From Thermoanaerobaculia bacterium (GTDB lineage: Bacteria > Acidobacteriota > Thermoanaerobaculia > Multivoradales > Multivoraceae): a DNA stretch of 64,000 bases. The position numbers were made by a program, and so were the translations under genes. Where the stretch lies: the NCBI GenBank assembly GCA_963664405.1, contig OY761158.1, positions 1,792,001 to 1,856,000 on the forward strand, read 5' to 3'. The notes beneath the pieces were generated by a model that was given only the letters and a program-made list of their open reading frames with translations, did not search any database and was not told the origin of the DNA. This document shows, in pieces, positions 58,646 through 64,000 of this stretch (positions are counted from its first letter, which is position 1; every line of letters begins with the position of its first letter).

Positions 58646-59512
58646 ATGACAGCAAATCTACTCGAGGGAAAACCAGTCGCCGAAGCCGTCCTGGAAGACG
58701 TCAGACGGAGAGTCGCAGCGATGGCCCAGAAAGGGGTGACCCCAGGTCTCGCCACCGTCCTCGTCGGCGAAGACGGCGCCAGCGCCGGCTACGTGCGCAA
58801 GAAGCATGAGACCTGCCAAGACGTAGGCATCGCCTCCTTCAACTGCGAGATTCCAAGCAACGGTACGCAGGCGCAGTTGTTGGGCGAGATCGATCGACTC
58901 AATGCGGATCCGCGAGTCGATGGATTCCTCGTCCAGCACCCTCTCCCGGCCGGGTTCGACTTCAACGAGGCCCTACTCCGTATGGCCCCGGCAAAAGATG
59001 CCGACGGGCTCCACCCGGTCAATCTCGGCAAGCTCGTGTTGCAAGAGAGAGGGCCTATCCCCTGCACCCCCGCTGGTATCCAGGCGATGTTGCGTCACTA
59101 CCAGATCCCGGTCGCCGGCAAAGAGGTCGTGATCGTCGGCAGGGGGCCCACGCTCGGTCGACCGCTCTCTCTTCTTCTCACCCTGAAGCAAGAGGGCGCC
59201 AACGCCGCGGTGACCGTGGTTCACACCGGCGTTGCGGATATTTCCCAGTTCACCCGCCGGGCCGACATCATCATCGCCGCCGTCGGAGTGCCAGGGTTCG
59301 TCACTCCCGACATGGTGAACCCCGGCGCCGTCGTGATCAGCGGCGGCATCTCGTGGCAGGGGAAAAAGCTGCTAGCAGACGTAGACGAGGCCGTAGGCGA
59401 GGTCGCCAGCTGGATCACGCCTCGACTGGGAGGCGTCGGCCCGACCACCGTCGCTATGCTTCTTCGCAACACCGCAGATGCGGCGGAGGCGCGCGTGCCG
59501 ACTGGCACGTAG
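58646..59512 (+). CDS. folD: Bifunctional methylene-THF dehydrogenase/cyclohydrolase
   Basis: PGLAT.LVG, YV..K, KD.DG.HP.N.G, PCTP.G, P..GGVGP.T.AML..N. Confidence 0.95.
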   Translation: MTANLLEGKPVAEAVLEDVRRRVAAMAQKGVTPGLATVLVGEDGASAGYVRKKHETCQDVGIASFNCEIPSNGTQAQLLGEIDRLNADPRVDGFLVQHPLPAGFDFNEALLRMAPAKDADGLHPVNLGKLVLQERGPIPCTPAGIQAMLRHYQIPVAGKEVVIVGRGPTLGRPLSLLLTLKQEGANAAVTVVHTGVADISQFTRRADIIIAAVGVPGFVTPDMVNPGAVVISGGISWQGKKLLADVDEAVGEVASWITPRLGGVGPTTVAMLLRNTADAAEARVPTGT

Positions 59513-59666
59513 CCTCCGGAAGCGCTGCCCTCGGGGGTTTTCATTCCGCCGGAGAGCTTGAACAGTCATCCCATCGGTGTAGCTGGGGGTACAATGGTTC
59601 CAGCTAACCAGGCGCTCCAGCCCAGTCTGCGGCTTCGGCGACCATAGTCAACAAGGGGTCCAAACC

Positions 59667-60587
59667 ATGATGAGCATCAAGAGAGTCGCAAGCTTCGTTC
59701 TCCTCGCAGCAATTTTCGCCTTGCTACCGGCGGCGGCGGTCGCCCAAGGCTCGATGCGCTACACCATCGGCGTCACCGAGTTTGAGAACCAGGCCGGCTG
59801 GTACAGCTCATGGCACCTCGGCAACGCGTGGGGCACGGTAATGACCAACGCACTGCAGGAGACTGGCCGCTTCATCGTTCTGGCTGAGACCGACATGCGG
59901 GGTGCGGCGCTCGACGAGCAGGATCTGGCAGCCTCGGGCCGCACTGCACAGGGGGCAAAGGCTCCGGTCACCGGGCAACTGACCCCCGCCCAGCTCCTGG
60001 TCAAGGGCGCGATCACCCACGTACAAAGCGACACCAGCGGCGGTGGCGGCGGGATCAGGATCAAAGGCATCCGCCTCGGCGGCAAAAAAGGCAAGGCCGA
60101 GCTCAATGCGACGATCTATCTGATGGATTCAACCACAGGGCAGATCGCGGCTTCGACCAGCGTTATCGGCAAGGCAGAAAGAAAGGGTGCATCCATCGGC
60201 TATAGCAGCAGCGACTTTGGCGGCGATTTCAACGCCTACAAGAAAGACAATGTGGGCATTGCAATGGAAGATGCCATTCGTCAAGCCGTCGCGTGGCTCA
60301 CCGACCAACTCGAGAACGTGCCGTGGACGGGAACCGTGGCTATCGTGCGCGAAGGGCAGGTCTACATCAATCGCGGCAGTCGTGAGGGCGTTGCCAACGG
60401 GCAGGAGTTCATCGTCGGCGAAGCCGACGTCGTCCGGGACCCCGACACCGGCGAGGTGCTCGAGACCTTTGTAAACGAGCTCGCGCGTCTCAAAGCCACC
60501 AACGTAAGAGAGAAACTCACGATCTGCGACGTGGTCTCGGGGAACGCAGCGGCGGTCAAAAAGGGAATGACCGTCCAACTGCCCTAG
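59667..60587 (+). CDS. CsgG/HfaB family protein with FlgT-like C-terminal domain
   Basis: Signal peptide; I.V.EFEN, L..TGRF.V, A.LLV.GAIT; VYIN.G...G...G, DPDTGE.L. Confidence 0.82.
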   Translation: MMSIKRVASFVLLAAIFALLPAAAVAQGSMRYTIGVTEFENQAGWYSSWHLGNAWGTVMTNALQETGRFIVLAETDMRGAALDEQDLAASGRTAQGAKAPVTGQLTPAQLLVKGAITHVQSDTSGGGGGIRIKGIRLGGKKGKAELNATIYLMDSTTGQIAASTSVIGKAERKGASIGYSSSDFGGDFNAYKKDNVGIAMEDAIRQAVAWLTDQLENVPWTGTVAIVREGQVYINRGSREGVANGQEFIVGEADVVRDPDTGEVLETFVNELARLKATNVREKLTICDVVSGNAAAVKKGMTVQLP

Positions 60588-60609
60588 CCGAGGGGGACAC
60601 ACACCGAGC

Positions 60610-60638
60610 CCTGACGTTCTCCTGACGCTGTCCTGACG
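60610..60638. promoter_or_regulatory. Three CCTGACG direct repeats at 11-bp spacing (candidate regulator binding site)
   Basis: CCTGACG at 60610, 60621 and 60632, about 100 bp upstream of the GGDEF gene. Confidence 0.55.
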
Positions 60639-60740
60639 CCTGGCAGACAAACTACGCCTTACAGTCCTAATCGGCATGTGAGGTGGCCCGCTCGGGGAGC
60701 TGCCACCGCGAGACGGTTGAAGTTGAACGAAACGAAGGGT

Positions 60741-63700
60741 GTGGAATCGCCTAGGGAAGTAGAAGCTCGGCCAGACGGCCGCGCCGCCGAGCTGATCTAC
60801 GCCGATGACCTGACCGGTCTCTACAATCGGCGCTTCCTTCAACGGATCTTCAACGAGTACTGGGACCGTCTCACCAGCGGTGGGCAGTCGGTCTCTCTGG
60901 CGATCGTCGACTTGGACTATTTCAAGACGATCAACGACAGCTTCGGGCATCCGACCGGAGACGCCGTCCTCGTCGAGACAGGGGAATTCCTGCGCGGTTA
61001 CTGTCGTGAGAACGACTGGGTCGTCCGCTATGGTGGCGACGAGTTCCTGCTGATCTTTCCAGGGACCTCCAAGGCGGAGGCGAAAAACCTCACCGAGCGG
61101 CTCACAGACGCCTTCGGAGAAAAGGTCCTCTATTCAGCCGAGACACGGCAGGCTCTCGAGCCCCAACTGACTTTCAGCATCGGCGTGGCGACTTTTCCGG
61201 AAGACGGGGACGACGGAGAGACACTCCTGAGTCAAGCGGACAGGGCTCTTTATGCATCGAAGAGGCGAGGTGGGAACCTAGTCCGGGTCGCCGGTGAGAC
61301 CGACGATTGGCACGACAGAGCTGAGCCCTTTCTCATTTCTCCCTGCGAGGCAACGATCGGGCGGGAGAGATTGTTGGATGACATCGCCGAGTTTTACGAA
61401 AGACCGGCGACCGCGGAGCCTTCGTGGCTGTCACTGTCGGGGCCTCCGGGTATCGGAAAAAGTCGAATACTCGAGGAAGCGGCCAAGATGGGCCCGAAAT
61501 CTGAAGTCGAGCCTGTGTCGATGATCTGCCGATCAGAGACAGCCGAACAGCCCTTCGCCTCCATCGGTCATTTGTTCTCGAAAATCGGTCGCCAGAATGC
61601 TTCCCTTCTCTCGCAGTTGTGGCAAAACACCGATACCGAGCTGTACTCGACTCTTCGAGCCCTCGTAGACGGCGGCCCGCTGCCGGCTCCGGCAGACACC
61701 GAGAATAGGCCGGATCTACCCCCCCATGAAGAGATCCGCCGGGCCTTCCTCAAGGGTTTGGAGTGTCTGGTATCCGAGGGCCGATTCGTCCTGCTTCTGG
61801 ACGACTTTGGTCACTGCGACCCTTCGAGCGCGGAGGTCTTGCGCTCGGCTGTGGGCGAGGAGGGCCTCCGGTTGCGGATCCTCACTGCCCACAGCGGAGA
61901 CGAATCCTCGTACCACGACGTTGGAGCCTCCTTCCTAGCTTCCCTCGGGGAGGCGGCCTGGCTCGAGCGAAGAGAGATACCTACTCTCTCCAAAGAAGGA
62001 GTGCGAGGCCTGATCTCGGGTCTCCTCGGCGATCATCGCTCCTTTCCGGGCTTCGGCAGGCTCATCTTCGAGGCCACCGACGGCAATCCCCTCTTCGTCG
62101 AGGAAGTGCTACGCCTCGCGGTCGCCCGCGGCAGAATCCTGGACACGCAGAACGGACGGCTGGTCCAGATGATGGAGGCGAAAGAGCTTCCCAAAACCCT
62201 CGACGAAGCCATGGGTCTTCGGATGCTGACGCTCGACAAGAGTACGCGGGAGATCGTGTCGCAAGCGTCCGTCATCGGCGACGCCTTCGATCTGTCTACT
62301 CTTGTGGCGCTGCTGGGCCGTAATGAGGGTGAGACGCTGCACCTGCTGGACAAGGCGCAAGCTCAGGGTCTCCTTGCTGGAGTCGCCGACAACGACTTTT
62401 CCAACCTTCGCTTCACGACGAGCTCGTTGAGAGAGACCGCATATAGGAGTACCACTCCGGAGGAGCGAAAGCGGGTCCACCGCCAGATCGGAGAGTTGGA
62501 GGAGTCCCGATCCGGCCCCCACACCCTCAGCAAGGCAAGACAGCTCGCCCATCACTTCTCCCTGAGTGGTGAAGTCGAGAAAGCCCGCCGCTACCGAGAG
62601 CTGGCGAGGACCCTCCGTCAGAGACCTAGCCCGGATGCGCCGGTCTTGGAAGGCAGAGAGAGGCGCCCCCCTGAGGCCGGTCCCGAGGTCAACCCGCTCG
62701 ACCATGGAGGGGCGAGTGCCGGTGACTCCGCAGCCGAGGCTTCGGGAGCCGCGATCTTGGCGCCCCAGCCTGTACCGCAAACCGAACTTACCTCCGAGGA
62801 CCTTCGGATGCTTCTGCAGGCCCACTTCGGTCATGAGCTGAGGGGTACCCTTGCCGAGGCCACCGACCCCATCGCCAAAGGAGAGGAGCATACCTACCGG
62901 CAGGATCTGCTGCGGACGGGCGAGAAGATGTTCCGCGATTTCCTGATGGAGGGTGACCTGGCTTCCGCCAGAAGAGTCGTGCACTTCGTGAAGAGCTCCC
63001 GCGAGCTCGACGGAAGCGGGAAAGAGAGTGGCGGCAGAGCGCAGGACGTTCTGTCACTCCTGGCGTCGACGAACACCTTCGAAATTCTCCTATCGGATCT
63101 CCAGGCCGGGCCTGGGAGCGTCAGCCAGGAGGCCCTAGCCCTGTTGCGGGAGTTCGGGACAAGCGCGGAATCGACGCTCGGCGTGTTCGTCACTGAAACG
63201 GACGATCTCAGAGCTCGGCTGCTGGCGGCCCAGGTACTGAAGGAGATCGCAGCCGACGCGTGCAGAGGGGTCTTGGACCTCATCGCCAGTGGAGATGACC
63301 CCGTCGTCTCCCGGCGTGTCGTGAGCCTCCTGCCGGTGCTCTCGGACGACCTCGTGTCCGAGCTATCTCTTGCCGCGCGGGTGCGAAACGTGGGCGTTTT
63401 TGGCGAAGTCATCAAGATCCTCCATGGACAGCCCAGGGAGGTGCGCTGTGAAGTGCTCCTCTCCCTACTCCGATCTTCGAGCGCAGAGTTGGTGCGGCGA
63501 GGGATGCGCTACATCGGCGAATGGGATCTCAAGGAGATGAAGCTCCAGGTTCTCGATGTGCTCACCGCTTCCGACAGCCCGAAGATCCTCCATTCCGGAT
63601 GCACCGTGGTCGTTCGTTGGCACCTCACGGATGCGATCCCGAGATTGGCGAGCGTCCTGGACAAGAGGAAACCCTTTAGTTTCGGCCGAGCCTACCCAGC

Positions 63701-64000
63701 GGGGGTACGACGAGGGGCCGCTCGTACCCTGACCGCGCTCGGCACCATGGAGGCCTTCGACGTGCTGTCGAACTTCGTTAAAGACAACGACGAAGAAGTT
63801 CGGCGCATCTGCCTTGGTCTCAGTTCGGAACAGTCTCAAGCGGAAAACCTCGACATCGACGACCAGGTACCAGTGGAGTCGTGGTCTCGACGTTCCCGCG
63901 CCGAAGACCTGACGATCGAAGAGCGAGGGGCCGAGGCGGTCAGACTACTCATCGTCGATAGCCACCGTGGAGAAGCCAAGCGTCTCAAGCGTGCACTCGA
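60741..64000 (+). CDS. Large diguanylate cyclase: GGDEF + AAA ATPase + helical/HEAT repeats + probable receiver domain; runs off the window end
   Basis: Not in the ORF track because it has no stop. GTG 60741; DDLTGLYNRR, D.D.FK..ND.FGH..GD, RENDWVVRYGGDEF, GPPGIGKS, LLLDD, T.GNPLF.EE; ends VRLLIVD. The motifs checked share one frame. Confidence 0.88.
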   Translation, partial: MESPREVEARPDGRAAELIYADDLTGLYNRRFLQRIFNEYWDRLTSGGQSVSLAIVDLDYFKTINDSFGHPTGDAVLVETGEFLRGYCRENDWVVRYGGDEFLLIFPGTSKAEAKNLTERLTDAFGEKVLYSAETRQALEPQLTFSIGVATFPEDGDDGETLLSQADRALYASKRRGGNLVRVAGETDDWHDRAEPFLISPCEATIGRERLLDDIAEFYERPATAEPSWLSLSGPPGIGKSRILEEAAKMGPKSEVEPVSMICRSETAEQPFASIGHLFSKIGRQNASLLSQLWQNTDTELYSTLRALVDGGPLPAPADTENRPDLPPHEEIRRAFLKGLECLVSEGRFVLLLDDFGHCDPSSAEVLRSAVGEEGLRLRILTAHSGDESSYHDVGASFLASLGEAAWLERREIPTLSKEGVRGLISGLLGDHRSFPGFGRLIFEATDGNPLFVEEVLRLAVARGRILDTQNGRLVQMMEAKELPKTLDEAMGLRMLTLDKSTREIVSQASVIGDAFDLSTLVALLGRNEGETLHLLDKAQAQGLLAGVADNDFSNLRFTTSSLRETAYRSTTPEERKRVHRQIGELEESRSGPHTLSKARQLAHHFSLSGEVEKARRYRELARTLRQRPSPDAPVLEGRERRPPEAGPEVNPLDHGGASAGDSAAEASGAAILAPQPVPQTELTSEDLRMLLQAHFGHELRGTLAEATDPIAKGEEHTYRQDLLRTGEKMFRDFLMEGDLASARRVVHFVKSSRELDGSGKESGGRAQDVLSLLASTNTFEILLSDLQAGPGSVSQEALALLREFGTSAESTLGVFVTETDDLRARLLAAQVLKEIAADACRGVLDLIASGDDPVVSRRVVSLLPVLSDDLVSELSLAARVRNVGVFGEVIKILHGQPREVRCEVLLSLLRSSSAELVRRGMRYIGEWDLKEMKLQVLDVLTASDSPKILHSGCTVVVRWHLTDAIPRLASVLDKRKPFSFGRAYPAGVRRGAARTLTALGTMEAFDVLSNFVKDNDEEVRRICLGLSSEQSQAENLDIDDQVPVESWSRRSRAEDLTIEERGAEAVRLLIVDSHRGEAKRLKRAL

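Noticed and set aside
60588-60740. c-di-GMP riboswitch upstream of the GGDEF gene
   Set aside because: Hairpins are present but I could not match the class I or class II consensus.
129-63839. Many long overlapping or antisense ORFs in the track (e.g. 56124-57566 -, 37983-39176 -, 12253-13344 -, 44826-45788 +)
   Set aside because: Shadow ORFs expected at high GC; they lie opposite or across genes with clear family motifs.
1-64000. Very frequent CTCGAG/TCGA words
   Set aside because: Explained by CTC-GAG, ATC-GAG and GTC-GAC codon pairs in GC-rich coding sequence; I ran no statistical test.
1-64000. tRNA, rRNA, prophage or anti-phage defence genes
   Set aside because: None recognised by eye.

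Overview
High-GC (roughly 65%) bacterial chromosomal window, probably Acidobacteriota, judged from an acidobacterial-type VWA protein and several PilZ and secreted proteins. It holds about 45 densely packed genes, mostly metabolic: acyl-CoA enzymes, amidohydrolases, SorAB-like sulfite dehydrogenase, PPDK, PheA, LhgO and FolD. Five things stand out. (1) A DUF3179 gene is split by an in-frame UGA at a conserved Cys position and followed by a SECIS-like hairpin, so it is probably a selenoprotein. (2) A translationally coupled three-gene operon encodes a glutaminase-less asparagine-synthetase-like ligase, an archaeosine-synthase-beta (RaSEA)-like radical SAM enzyme and a halogenase-like flavoprotein; I know no described pathway for it. 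(3) Five copies of two related ~162-165 bp palindromic MITE families sit at CTAG/TA sites, supply stop codons, and in two cases lie in frame inside signal peptides. (4) A nested IS30/IS3/IS30 stack has removed the start of an outer-membrane gene. (5) Several deletion-derived gene remnants lie between intact genes. All family calls come from motif recognition by eye; no database searches were run.
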